From the IMG/VR virus record IMGVR_UViG_3300045988_079610: 64,000 nucleotides of DNA; one strand, given 5' to 3'. Below are positions 39,513-48,365 of this stretch, in pieces. Made by a program: the position numbers and the translations under genes. The stretch is from a virus. The notes below the pieces were generated by a model. It was given only the letters and a program-made list of their open reading frames with translations. It was not told where the DNA came from and did not search any database. Position 1 is the first letter of the stretch, and every line of letters starts with the position of its first letter.

Positions 39513-39729
39513 TTTCTATATCATTAAAATTAATATTTAAAATTCTAATTATCTCTTCTTTTATTTCAAGTTTATCTTTATATACATTTTCAGGATTATA
39601 ATTTATACTTCCGTATTGAATTTCATTATCAACATCATTATTAACAATAGTTCTAAAAGATTCTTCTCCTTCATGTTTTTTATGATAAACATAATCTACA
39701 AGTATATCAATATATCTATTATCTATCAT
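39496..39729 (-). CDS. hypothetical protein
   Basis: 77-aa ORF with operon packing. Confidence 0.55.
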   Translation of the reverse strand: MIDNRYIDILVDYVYHKKHEGEESFRTIVNNDVDNEIQYGSINYNPENVYKDKLEIKEEIIRILNINFNDIENESIK

Positions 39730-40252
39730 TTTTATTTTTATTTTTAAAATTATAAACTATAGCAGAATATTCATTAACTACATAATGAGTACTATTATTA
39801 ATTTGTTTAATAGTAGTATTAGCCTGTTCTTTAAATCCTTCACAACCAATAGCTTTAATCATACAAGGATTTAATAAATACCAATCTCTACTAGCTTCAA
39901 CAGTTTCAGGAAGACCTTCAATATCTCTCCATTTAATTATAGCACCAACATTAACTAGTTCTTTAATAGCTGCATTAATTGTTTTTGGGTCTTTAGTTCT
40001 ACATATAGGAGAATCAGCTATATTTCTAGAATTAAACTTAATGCTAGTCTGACTAGGTAACATAGTTTCGCTAATATAGCAAGCTATATCACAAGCAGTC
40101 TTACTACAATATCTGTGAATAATAGTAGAAACAAATTTACCAGTATCTTTAAATACTTCATAAACTACATCTACTTTAATATCACTTCCTTTAAGTTTAT
40201 TCTTAGCTTTATGTTCTTCCATAATAGAATTATAATTATTACCTCTAATCAT
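39719..40252 (-). CDS. hypothetical protein, possibly winged-helix DNA-binding
   Basis: 177-aa ORF. The segment ...TINAAIKELVNVGAIIKWRD... looks like a wHTH recognition helix plus wing. This is weak evidence. Confidence 0.6.
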   Translation of the reverse strand: MIRGNNYNSIMEEHKAKNKLKGSDIKVDVVYEVFKDTGKFVSTIIHRYCSKTACDIACYISETMLPSQTSIKFNSRNIADSPICRTKDPKTINAAIKELVNVGAIIKWRDIEGLPETVEASRDWYLLNPCMIKAIGCEGFKEQANTTIKQINNSTHYVVNEYSAIVYNFKNKNKNDR

Positions 40253-40294
40253 AGCTTTAGTACTTTAATTAATATCATACTATAAAAATAGGTA

Positions 40295-40329
40295 TTTTCC
40301 CCAAGTTGATAAAATCAAAATGGGGAAAA
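40295..40329. other. long hairpin in a 373-bp intergenic region
   Basis: TTTTCCCCAAGTTGAT-aaa-ATCAAAATGGGGAAAA forms 16 stem positions with 2 mismatches and a 3-nt loop. No adjacent U tract on either strand. Confidence 0.6.
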
Positions 40330-40420
40330 ATGATATTAATTAAAGTTAAATCGCTATTTAACTTATTGATTATCAAGTAGTTATAAACTATCTATATATA
40401 TATATAATATAGCATTACTT

Positions 40421-40570
40421 TTACTGATAACTATTACAAACATACTCATTATCTTTAAAACTAGCAATATTATCAATAGAATAATTACTATAATAAAGAT
40501 AATTTAATAATTCAGCCTCTCTACGGGGGGTTTCTAGTTTATCTAGTACTTCTAAAACTTCTAATGACAT
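40421..40570 (-). CDS. possible small ORF (49 aa), below the track threshold
   Basis: ATG at 40570 and TAA at 40421-40423, product MSLEVLEVLDKLETPRREAELLNY... It contains motif copy 10. Coding status is uncertain. Confidence 0.3.
   Translation of the reverse strand: MSLEVLEVLDKLETPRREAELLNYLYYSNYSIDNIASFKDNEYVCNSYQ
40517..40530 (-). repeat. GC-motif copy 10, G-rich on +: CTCTCTACGGGGGG (G6)
   Basis: Read directly. Confidence 0.9.
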
Positions 40571-40602
40571 TATTAGACATATTAGTACTAAGATTAGTAT
40601 AT

Positions 40603-40620
40603 CCCGCCCGTAGGAAGACT
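40603..40620 (+). repeat. GC-motif copy 11, interrupted variant: CCCGCCCGTAGGAAGACT, 6 nt beyond the stop of the 40626 gene
   Basis: Read directly. It is inverted relative to copy 10, which lies 72 nt away. Confidence 0.85.
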
Positions 40621-40625
40621 TGAGA

Positions 40626-40916
40626 TTATTTTATTAACTTATTTAGTTTATCTTCAACATAATTAAGCCAATCTTTAGCTGCAACATAATTATCAAATAC
40701 TAATGATTCAGGAATACAAGGAAGAATATTGTCATCATCAGTTTTAATTCCATAAGCAACAGTTTGATATTGTTCTGTTTTAACTAGTTGAAATTGAACT
40801 ACTATACCATAAGCAAATTCTCCTTTAACATGGTCAAAGAATAGAACTTGTCTTCCAACATCATACTGAGGGATTTTTATTCCCTCAGTATCATTATTAT
40901 TAAAATTAACTTGCAT
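40626..40916 (-). CDS. hypothetical protein
   Basis: 96-aa ORF. Confidence 0.6.
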   Translation of the reverse strand: MQVNFNNNDTEGIKIPQYDVGRQVLFFDHVKGEFAYGIVVQFQLVKTEQYQTVAYGIKTDDDNILPCIPESLVFDNYVAAKDWLNYVEDKLNKLIK

Positions 40917-41961
40917 AGGCTATAGCATTATTAAGAGCTTTATTCATATTATTATTAGCAGAACCCCAAACAAGAGAGTTCATTCTCTTTTCTCCTTCAA
41001 GATTTGCAACATTACAATAAAAGCCAGTAACGGCATTATAAGCGCCCCAAGCAGTACCATAAATATCTTTCTGACCAATACCATCATTATAATAATTAAA
41101 CATATTAGAAAGAATATTAGCTTTTCTAGTAGATATTTCAGTTGCTTCAAGAAGTCTATAATCTCTATTAATAAGACGTTTAAAACCTGTTTTATTGTCA
41201 TATTGCATTATTTTTTGAATTTCAGCAGGAGTTAATTGAAGATTACAAAGATATTCATAAACTTGTTCATCTTTCATAGTAACTTTAGCTAATTTTCTAT
41301 ACATTTCTTGAGCATCAAGAGCGTGTTCACAAGCAACTTTAAGAACTTGTGCTCCTAATTCAAGTTTTTCTTTTACAGATTTAGTATGACGAAGACGAAT
41401 ATGACAATCAGCTTTATTTATAGCACCATTAAGCATATTAGTACATATAACTCTTACAGGTGTAATCATAATATCAACAGATGAATTACCATCATGTCCA
41501 TTACTAAATATAAGATAATTATCTACTACATCATTACTATTAGCTACAGAAGTTTGTACAGGAAGTTTAACACTAACATAAACTTTTTCACCAAAGTTAA
41601 GACAAGCAGCTTTATCCCACTTAGCAAGATTTTCACCAATAGCATTATTGAAGAAATTAAAAGCATCCATATTTTGAACAACTTCATATTTTTCTTTAAC
41701 TAATCCTAAAGGATAATTATTATCTGTACGATAAGTAGCATAAGCATTATTCATTTCTCTATAAATGTTTCCATCATGTTGAAATGCACAATCATCTATA
41801 TTATTATTTCCATTAATTCTAAATGGCATTTTAGCTACTAATTCACATTTAGCTACAGACCAATCAAGTCCAGCTTTAGTCATAACTTCTTGAGCAGTTT
41901 GACAATCAGAAACGTCTTTACCTAAAGCCCAAGGAAGACCACCAGTATTATATTTACTCAT
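40906..41961 (-). CDS. DUF932-like phage/plasmid protein
   Basis: 351 aa. The N-terminus ...GLPWALGKDV...TAQEVMTKAGLDWSVAKCEL... resembles the conserved start of DUF932 / TIGR03299 proteins. Recalled from memory; needs an HMM check. Confidence 0.5.
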   Translation of the reverse strand: MSKYNTGGLPWALGKDVSDCQTAQEVMTKAGLDWSVAKCELVAKMPFRINGNNNIDDCAFQHDGNIYREMNNAYATYRTDNNYPLGLVKEKYEVVQNMDAFNFFNNAIGENLAKWDKAACLNFGEKVYVSVKLPVQTSVANSNDVVDNYLIFSNGHDGNSSVDIMITPVRVICTNMLNGAINKADCHIRLRHTKSVKEKLELGAQVLKVACEHALDAQEMYRKLAKVTMKDEQVYEYLCNLQLTPAEIQKIMQYDNKTGFKRLINRDYRLLEATEISTRKANILSNMFNYYNDGIGQKDIYGTAWGAYNAVTGFYCNVANLEGEKRMNSLVWGSANNNMNKALNNAIAYAS

Positions 41962-41971
41962 AATTCTTTAT

Positions 41972-42421
41972 TTAAAATATTAAACCATATCCTTCTTTAT
42001 ATCTATCAAATGTTTTTAGAACAATAGAAATAGGAATTTGTTCATCTTCAGGAAGAGAAGCATTTCTTTTTTCTATTCTAGTAACACATTCAGTAAGAGG
42101 AGTATTAAATAATTTATATATAATATCAGCTTTACTATCAACATTAAGAACTAATTGTTTTATATGTTCAAGAGTTTTAAGATTGAGATTCATATCATCA
42201 ATTACAACCTCAAATCCTCTAACCATTGCATAAGTAATAGCTTTATCTTCAATTTCATTACATAATTCTTCTCTTTCAAGAACCCAATATTTACCAATCA
42301 TTTTACGAATAGAATCACGACTAATTCTAACTCGTTTAGTTGATTCTTTATTAACATAATCCAAAGCCCAGGTAGATTTACCTGAGCCTTGAATACCTTG
42401 ACAAATAATTACTTTACTCAT
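41972..42421 (-). CDS. P-loop kinase (AAA_33 / polynucleotide-kinase-like)
   Basis: Walker A motif GIQGSGKST at the N-terminus; small size (149 aa) typical of phage PNK-kinase or dNMP-kinase-like proteins. Confidence 0.5.
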   Translation of the reverse strand: MSKVIICQGIQGSGKSTWALDYVNKESTKRVRISRDSIRKMIGKYWVLEREELCNEIEDKAITYAMVRGFEVVIDDMNLNLKTLEHIKQLVLNVDSKADIIYKLFNTPLTECVTRIEKRNASLPEDEQIPISIVLKTFDRYKEGYGLIF

Positions 42422-42668
42422 CTTCTATATCTTCTTTTGGTTTATAATTAGGATTTAAATCATCAATATTATAAGTATATTTATAAACTTTATCTATAAA
42501 TTTTTCAATACTTACAATATGTTGTCCTAATTCTTCGCCATTATATTTTAAATAACTAGCAGAATTTGTAGCATCTACTAAATTTTCGCCAATAATATTG
42601 AATTGAAGTTTAGTTTTATCTTCTTTTACAATGTCAGTTTTAACAGTATATACAGCAATAGTATCCAT
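42414..42668 (-). CDS. hypothetical protein
   Basis: 84-aa ORF. Confidence 0.55.
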   Translation of the reverse strand: MDTIAVYTVKTDIVKEDKTKLQFNIIGENLVDATNSASYLKYNGEELGQHIVSIEKFIDKVYKYTYNIDDLNPNYKPKEDIEDE

Positions 42669-42669
42669 A

Positions 42670-43434
42670 TTATCTTATATTTAAATTTTCATTAGTAACA
42701 ACTTTTCCGATATTAGAAGTACAACCTTCTTCTACAATTTTAGTTTTAAGAGTCTTCTTATCAACAGTAGGTTTAAAATCCCAATTATTAGGACTAGTAT
42801 GACCTACTTGTTCCATAAGTTTATAACCTTCACCATTAAGAAGTTTAGCAGCAGATACAGGAATTGTAACATTAATTGTAATATCATCTAAATCTTCAAT
42901 TTCTACTTCACCAGCAGCTATATTATTTTCTGCAACAGCAGTTTGCTGGATAGAATCAAGAAGACTATTAATATCTACAGAATCATTACATTGTAATGTA
43001 TTCATAAATATACCATTAGCAAATACTCCTTTAAGAGTTTCAGTTATATGATCGATTTTATTACTATCAACTTCAACAGAAACAGAAGGACGAATACTAA
43101 CTTTACCAGTACCCCAATCAAAGAACTTCTTACCTTTCTTATCTTCTTTACCAAAAGTATTAATTGCATAAAGAACAAGATTAGTAAGAGATTTTATAGT
43201 ATTATCTTTACTCTTATCTAAAGCTGCAAGTCTATCTTTTTCTGCTTTAATAGCAGCTTTATCAACTTTAAGCTTATTGATGTACTCAACATAATTCTTA
43301 ACTTTAGAAGTTACTTCTTCTTCATTAAGTTTAAGTTTTTCTTCAATCTCAGGAGTAAGTTCACCACCATTTTCTTCGAGTTCTTCAAATATATCAAGAA
43401 GTTCTCTATCAATATCAAATATACTTTTTCCCAT
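42670..43434 (-). CDS. Gp157-like protein (Siphovirus Gp157 family)
   Basis: The N-terminal pattern ...LLDIFEELEENGGELTPEIEEKL...NYVEYINKLKVDKAAIKAEKDRLAAL... is typical of that family. Needs an HMM check. Confidence 0.45.
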   Translation of the reverse strand: MGKSIFDIDRELLDIFEELEENGGELTPEIEEKLKLNEEEVTSKVKNYVEYINKLKVDKAAIKAEKDRLAALDKSKDNTIKSLTNLVLYAINTFGKEDKKGKKFFDWGTGKVSIRPSVSVEVDSNKIDHITETLKGVFANGIFMNTLQCNDSVDINSLLDSIQQTAVAENNIAAGEVEIEDLDDITINVTIPVSAAKLLNGEGYKLMEQVGHTSPNNWDFKPTVDKKTLKTKIVEEGCTSNIGKVVTNENLNIR

Positions 43435-43440
43435 AATTAA

Positions 43441-43650
43441 TTATTTACCAGTTCTAACACCTCTACTATCTACTAAATAATCAGCATTAGTAGCAACAAA
43501 TTTAATTCTAATTTTACCACAATTATTACAACGAGAAACAATATTAATTCCTACAGTTGTATCAGTAGAATCTTTAACTTCTACTTCTTTATAAACTTCA
43601 TAATGATGAAGTCCAATAAAACATTGTTTATTTAGTCCCATATTAAACAT
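43441..43650 (-). CDS. hypothetical small protein, possible zinc ribbon
   Basis: 69 aa with CxxxxH ... CNNC. Confidence 0.5.
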   Translation of the reverse strand: MFNMGLNKQCFIGLHHYEVYKEVEVKDSTDTTVGINIVSRCNNCGKIRIKFVATNADYLVDSRGVRTGK

Positions 43651-44212
43651 AATCTAAAAGTAAAACACGTTCATTATCTTCACTATAACCATAATGTCTT
43701 TGTTTAGCATAACTATTATAATGTTTTGCAAACCATTTGCAACCTAATAAATATTGATACCATGTAGCACTAACACTAGCATGATATTCTTTAACTTTAA
43801 TAAGAGGTTTATAATGTTCTTTCCAATCCCAATAAGTAATAGCAGAATCTATATTAACATTAAAATCTCTTCTTATAAGAGCTATATAATCTCTGAAAAT
43901 TTCAATTCTTTTATTAACATAATTGGGTTTAGTTCTTTGGTCAAATATAATCCTTATAGGGCATTTATTATTTCCAAACCAATTCCAAACATAATTGCTT
44001 ACTTTACCATAATCAACTTTATTATGAACAAAATGCCATTCATAATCATTATACGAATTAATATAAAGATTAATACGAATATCAAAATATTCAACACCAT
44101 CTCTATATTGTTCTTCAAGAGTTTTATCTTGGCATTTATTCCAAAGTCTTGTTATCTTCCCCCAAAGATTTTTAGGAGGAAGATAACTTAAAGTATTATG
44201 ACTACCTATCAT
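43643..44212 (-). CDS. PLC-like phosphodiesterase candidate (PI-PLC X-box-like)
   Basis: The N-terminus MIGSHNTLSY...CQDKTLEEQYRDGVEYFDIRIN resembles the G-x-H-(D/N)-S ... Q-x-x-x-I-x-x-Q-L-x-x-G-V-R-Y-x-D-I-R core of PI-PLC X domains. The protein is short (189 aa). Confidence 0.35.
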   Translation of the reverse strand: MIGSHNTLSYLPPKNLWGKITRLWNKCQDKTLEEQYRDGVEYFDIRINLYINSYNDYEWHFVHNKVDYGKVSNYVWNWFGNNKCPIRIIFDQRTKPNYVNKRIEIFRDYIALIRRDFNVNIDSAITYWDWKEHYKPLIKVKEYHASVSATWYQYLLGCKWFAKHYNSYAKQRHYGYSEDNERVLLLDYV

Positions 44213-44421
44213 AGTGGCATATCTATTATAGTTTGTGTATTACCATCATAAATTTCAGGAGCATCATCTGTTATCATATAAGATATATTATTTGGATTAT
44301 AACCTTCTTTAGATAACCAATAATCAACAACTTCATTTTCAGTAGGAGCAATATTTTCATATTCACTAATATCGTGAATTTCAATTTGACCTGAATTATA
44401 ATTTAAAATACTTATCCACAT
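44209..44421 (-). CDS. hypothetical protein
   Basis: 70-aa ORF. Confidence 0.5.
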   Translation of the reverse strand: MWISILNYNSGQIEIHDISEYENIAPTENEVVDYWLSKEGYNPNNISYMITDDAPEIYDGNTQTIIDMPL

Positions 44422-44423
44422 AG

Positions 44424-45374
44424 TTATTTATTTATAAGTTTAACTAATTTATCACCAAGTTCTTTCGTACAAGGATGAACTTTACCACTAACTTCATTAC
44501 TACGTAAATCAATCCAATGTTTCCAATCATCAACAAAAGCAGTATGAACTACTTGAGTTTTAGTATTAAGAGGAAGAATTTCTCTAGCTTGTTGAGCAGT
44601 CCAACCAAATTCAATACATTTACAATATACAAGATTTGCTATTTGAAGACCATAAAGAAACCAATCTATAGCATTCCAATTTACAGTATATTTATCAGGA
44701 ATTATATCATCATAATAAATTTCATCATCGTCATAGAAACCAACATTATAATTACTAATATTATCAGTATCAGAATCTGGAATCCAAGGAAGTTTAGCAA
44801 CACTTATATTATTACCAAATTTATCAGCATTATAACGACAATAACGAGTAGATTCTTCACTAATACTATGGCAACGATGTCTATTAAGTTCACGACTAGC
44901 ACCAATATCTGTTATAAAATTAACAGTTATTCTATCATCATAATAAGGACAATTAGGTGTATTATCTATAAATTCAAGTTCGTCCATCCAATGATGTTCA
45001 ATAAGAACTCTCATATTAGTAGTTACATAAATATAACCTTCATGTTCTTTAGTTCTACTATAATTATTGTGAATAAATCTGGTAGCTTGAGCAGCAGATC
45101 TAGCTATAAATAGAGGACATTTAAGATGAACTGTTCCATGTTCACATACACTAAGATGAGTTTTAAGTACATCATCATCAGTATAAGGTTGATTAAGAAA
45201 ATCAATTCCTCTAAATAGAGTTCTAACTAAAAAATCATAATCATTTTCATTATTATCTTTTGGAATACTTTGATAACAAACTCTAGCACAACGAGCTATA
45301 TGTTTCCAAATAGCATCAAGAGTATAACCTTCTTGTCTCCAAATTTCAACATTAGGATTTACAACTTTAATCAT
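44424..45374 (-). CDS. thyX: flavin-dependent thymidylate synthase ThyX
   Basis: The ThyX signature RHRxxSxxxxSxR is present as RHRCHSISEESTR. I prefer ATG 45374 (MIKVVNPN...), which abuts the upstream stop, over the track start at 45437. Confidence 0.85.
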   Translation of the reverse strand: MIKVVNPNVEIWRQEGYTLDAIWKHIARCARVCYQSIPKDNNENDYDFLVRTLFRGIDFLNQPYTDDDVLKTHLSVCEHGTVHLKCPLFIARSAAQATRFIHNNYSRTKEHEGYIYVTTNMRVLIEHHWMDELEFIDNTPNCPYYDDRITVNFITDIGASRELNRHRCHSISEESTRYCRYNADKFGNNISVAKLPWIPDSDTDNISNYNVGFYDDDEIYYDDIIPDKYTVNWNAIDWFLYGLQIANLVYCKCIEFGWTAQQAREILPLNTKTQVVHTAFVDDWKHWIDLRSNEVSGKVHPCTKELGDKLVKLINK

Positions 45375-45375
45375 A

Positions 45376-46017
45376 TTATTTACTTTTATGTTTAACAAAC
45401 TCTTTTCTAGAAGCATAATCTTCAGGAGACATAGCAATTACATTTTCTTTATGTTCACTAGTAACAGGAATTTCTTTATTATCAGCGGATAAATTATATA
45501 CATATCCATCTTTATCTTTACAAAGATGCTCAAAACCATAAGCATCTATAATTTCAAAAGTAACATCTTTTCTACTAGTTTCTTCAATAAGAATTAATTT
45601 ACTTGTCTTAACAAGAGTAGAAATATCAATAAAAGATGTTTCTAGCTCCCCCGTAGAAGGTATCGTAGGTTCACCTTCTAACCAAGCTAATAACATATTG
45701 CAATAATTACCTAAATCTTGAATAGTATCAAACATAGTTTCATCTTCAACATTAGGATTATTATAACCATTAAAATCTTCTTCTATAAAATGAATCAAAC
45801 GATTAAGTTTATCATACATTCTAGCTAGACCATATCTATAGCCTAATTTATTACAACCTTTATTGAAAGCATTATCGTAATCAGCATTTTTTTTAGCCAT
45901 AAGATTAAGCATCTTATTTTGCTGGTCACGTAAAGCAACAACTTCAGGAGTAATAAGTTCTTTTGGAACTACTCCATTAAGAGCAGCTTTCCAATAATTT
46001 AAATCATTTTCTGTCAT
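45376..46017 (-). CDS. DUF1599-like (nucleotide-modification-associated) protein
   Basis: ...KKNADYDNAFNKG...GYRYGLARMYDKLNRL... resembles the DUF1599 core K-x-x-D-Y-G ... R-x-x-D-K-x-x-R. Needs an HMM check. Confidence 0.45.
   Translation of the reverse strand: MTENDLNYWKAALNGVVPKELITPEVVALRDQQNKMLNLMAKKNADYDNAFNKGCNKLGYRYGLARMYDKLNRLIHFIEEDFNGYNNPNVEDETMFDTIQDLGNYCNMLLAWLEGEPTIPSTGELETSFIDISTLVKTSKLILIEETSRKDVTFEIIDAYGFEHLCKDKDGYVYNLSADNKEIPVTSEHKENVIAMSPEDYASRKEFVKHKSK
45645..45660 (+). repeat. GC-motif copy 12, variant GCTCCCCCGTAGAAGG (codes PSTGE on minus strand)
   Basis: Read directly; C5 run. Confidence 0.85.
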
Positions 46018-46022
46018 AATTA

Positions 46023-46505
46023 TTATTTTATATAAATAGGATTTGTTATAAGACCTTTAGTTAAACACCATTTAAAAGCATTTCTAATAGCTTGTTCTGG
46101 AGTAATACTACTAATATATTGTATAGTATCTCCTTCTTCACTTATCCAATCAATTCCATATTGGTCTTCAAAATAATAAAGATGAGGAATATAACCACAA
46201 TCTTTTTCACATACTACAAAATTATCAAATTTTTCTTTTATTGTAATACATGGAAGTTGCATAAATAATAGAAATTCATCAGCAGCTTCAAAATCAGTTT
46301 TTAGATGTATATGAAGTCTTCCTTGAGGATCTCCTACAACATCTGTTATAGGAAACATTTCTCTTTCTAATAATTCACTAGGAATTTCATGAGCCATTCC
46401 TTTATAAATACTAACTGAATAATGAGAATCTTTTGGGTCTGTTTCTTCAAGCACAACTAAAGCATTATGAGAAACAGCCGTATCAATAGCATTTTTTAAT
46501 TTCAT
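46023..46505 (-). CDS. hypothetical protein
   Basis: 160-aa ORF. Confidence 0.65.
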   Translation of the reverse strand: MKLKNAIDTAVSHNALVVLEETDPKDSHYSVSIYKGMAHEIPSELLEREMFPITDVVGDPQGRLHIHLKTDFEAADEFLLFMQLPCITIKEKFDNFVVCEKDCGYIPHLYYFEDQYGIDWISEEGDTIQYISSITPEQAIRNAFKWCLTKGLITNPIYIK

Positions 46506-46523
46506 AATTGTTATTTTATTAAA

Positions 46524-47990
46524 TTAAATATCAACTGTTCCTATAGCCTTAATAGTTTTTACATTAGATACATGAATTAAATGATTTTCCATACATTCAG
46601 CAGTAGTTTTATCTAGAGGAAAACTAAGTTGATCTTGTAGATTATAATATCTAGCAAAATCTTTAATATCATCAAACCAAAGAGTATGACAACCTATTTT
46701 AAAATACCATTCTTTATATCCTAAAGTGTTTGGTATATCAAAAGAAGCAATATTATCTGTAATTTTATCAATATAAGCACATTCTGTGACAATAAATGAA
46801 CCAATTTTAAATTCATTATTTTTAAATTCAAATTTAGTTTTACCACTAAGAATGTAATTAGTATATAATTGATTAAATACTCTAATAGCAGCATCGAGAG
46901 GAACTAAAGCACCACGACTAGTTTCAACCCAATTAGGTCTACTAGGTTTAGTTCTAAGCTGAGTATTATTAAATTTACATTGTAAGACACGACGTATAGG
47001 AGTAATAGTTCTTTTCTTTTCATTGACATAATAATCAATATATGAAATATTATTAGAATTATTTCCTTTTCTCCAATAATCAATATTATTATTTGAATCA
47101 ATTAAAGCAGCTTTATGATTAGCTTCAGCTTTAATATTATATTTTTCTACTCTTTCAAGAAAAGCTTTATAATCAGCTTTATCTTTAGCTTCTATTTCTG
47201 CAATACATCCATCAGACCATTTTTTGTTAAGTTCTTTCCAACTAATTCCTTTACAATAACAGAACTTTGTATAGAACTTACATTTCTTAATATGAAGTTT
47301 TTGTTCATCAGTAAACAAATTATCATTAAGAATATCTTTTATAGAAGGAAATGGAACTTTAAAATTACCAACATAAATATCTTTATTTGATAAACGTTTA
47401 ACTTTAGGAACAAACCTATATTTATCACTTAAATATTTCAACAAATTAAAATATTTAGTTCTATTATAAGTTGTATAACTTGCATCAGGAATATATTTAC
47501 TTATACTATTAAGTACTTTATATTCATTATAAAAAGTTTCAATATATTGTTTAATAATATATTTTATATATGTATTAATAAGTACCTTTTTATTTTTTGT
47601 TTCAGTTATATCATAAATTGGAATGGCTTCATCAGTTTTATAAATACTATAACCACTAGGAAGACCTCTTTCAATATCCCAAGCATATTCAGTATCTACT
47701 TTAATTATAGCTATCTTACGTTTACGGTCAATAATTGCCATGCAATGATTTTTAAGAGAACCATACCAACCAGCTTCGTCCCAATGTTCTTTAATATATT
47801 CAGGAGTAATTTGTTCAGCTAAACTACTTCCTCTATGAAAGAAATAACCATAACCAAAACAATAAGGATGACGATTACTTTCAAACCAGCCAGGTTCATC
47901 ACGATGAATACCTTCGTGAATACCTTCATGTTGACAAAATATATGTTTAATTCTTTTCTTAGGTTCAGCACCTACTTTACTTTTAACCAT
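46524..47990 (-). CDS. hypothetical protein
   Basis: 488-aa ORF with a tandem HEGIH-EGIH near the N-terminus. Confidence 0.7.
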   Translation of the reverse strand: MVKSKVGAEPKKRIKHIFCQHEGIHEGIHRDEPGWFESNRHPYCFGYGYFFHRGSSLAEQITPEYIKEHWDEAGWYGSLKNHCMAIIDRKRKIAIIKVDTEYAWDIERGLPSGYSIYKTDEAIPIYDITETKNKKVLINTYIKYIIKQYIETFYNEYKVLNSISKYIPDASYTTYNRTKYFNLLKYLSDKYRFVPKVKRLSNKDIYVGNFKVPFPSIKDILNDNLFTDEQKLHIKKCKFYTKFCYCKGISWKELNKKWSDGCIAEIEAKDKADYKAFLERVEKYNIKAEANHKAALIDSNNNIDYWRKGNNSNNISYIDYYVNEKKRTITPIRRVLQCKFNNTQLRTKPSRPNWVETSRGALVPLDAAIRVFNQLYTNYILSGKTKFEFKNNEFKIGSFIVTECAYIDKITDNIASFDIPNTLGYKEWYFKIGCHTLWFDDIKDFARYYNLQDQLSFPLDKTTAECMENHLIHVSNVKTIKAIGTVDI

Positions 47991-48000
47991 AGTTTTAATA

Positions 48001-48114
48001 TTATAAGTTAATAAACTTTAGATATATTGATAACTTAATTAGTAATTCGATTAGTATTAATAAAATAAATACTATCGGTACACCTATTATTATTAATAGT
48101 TTTATTTTTTTCAT
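48001..48114 (-). CDS. possible small transmembrane peptide (37 aa)
   Basis: Product MKKIKLLIIIGVPIVFILLILIELLIKLSIYLKFINL. Its ATG directly follows the TGA of the preceding small ORF (TGAATG). Confidence 0.35.
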   Translation of the reverse strand: MKKIKLLIIIGVPIVFILLILIELLIKLSIYLKFINL

Positions 48115-48249
48115 TCATAAAATATTATGTTTAATTGCGAAATAAATAAACATTAAAATTCCTATAATAATATATGGAAGAGCAAGCATTAAACAACCTG
48201 TTCCACAACCATTCATAGGGTCTTCTTCAGCAGAATTATAATTACTCAT
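48115..48249 (-). CDS. possible small transmembrane protein (44 aa)
   Basis: Product MSNYNSAEEDPMNGCGTGCLMLALPYIIIGILMFIYFAIKHNIL, with one hydrophobic helix. It is below the track threshold. Confidence 0.35.
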   Translation of the reverse strand: MSNYNSAEEDPMNGCGTGCLMLALPYIIIGILMFIYFAIKHNIL

Positions 48250-48365
48250 TTTTATTTAATATTTTAAATTCTTGTTTGTTCACAAATATAATCGTTTCTG
48301 ATTAATTATATTGCGGACATAATAAAACCGCTCACGTAAAAGAAAAACTGCATAAATGCGAATAT

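Noticed and set aside
44159-44163. C5 run in CTTCCCCCAAAGATT, considered as an eighteenth motif copy.
   Set aside because: It lacks the GTAG core. It resembles copy 14 only loosely, so the evidence is insufficient.
47904-47930. Tandem HEGIH-EGIH (two overlapping HExxH motifs) near the N-terminus of the 488-aa protein.
   Set aside because: It is a 12-nt (4-codon) tandem duplication (tgaataccttcg/tgaataccttca). HExxH alone at an extreme N-terminus, with no other zincin features visible, is not evidence of a protease.
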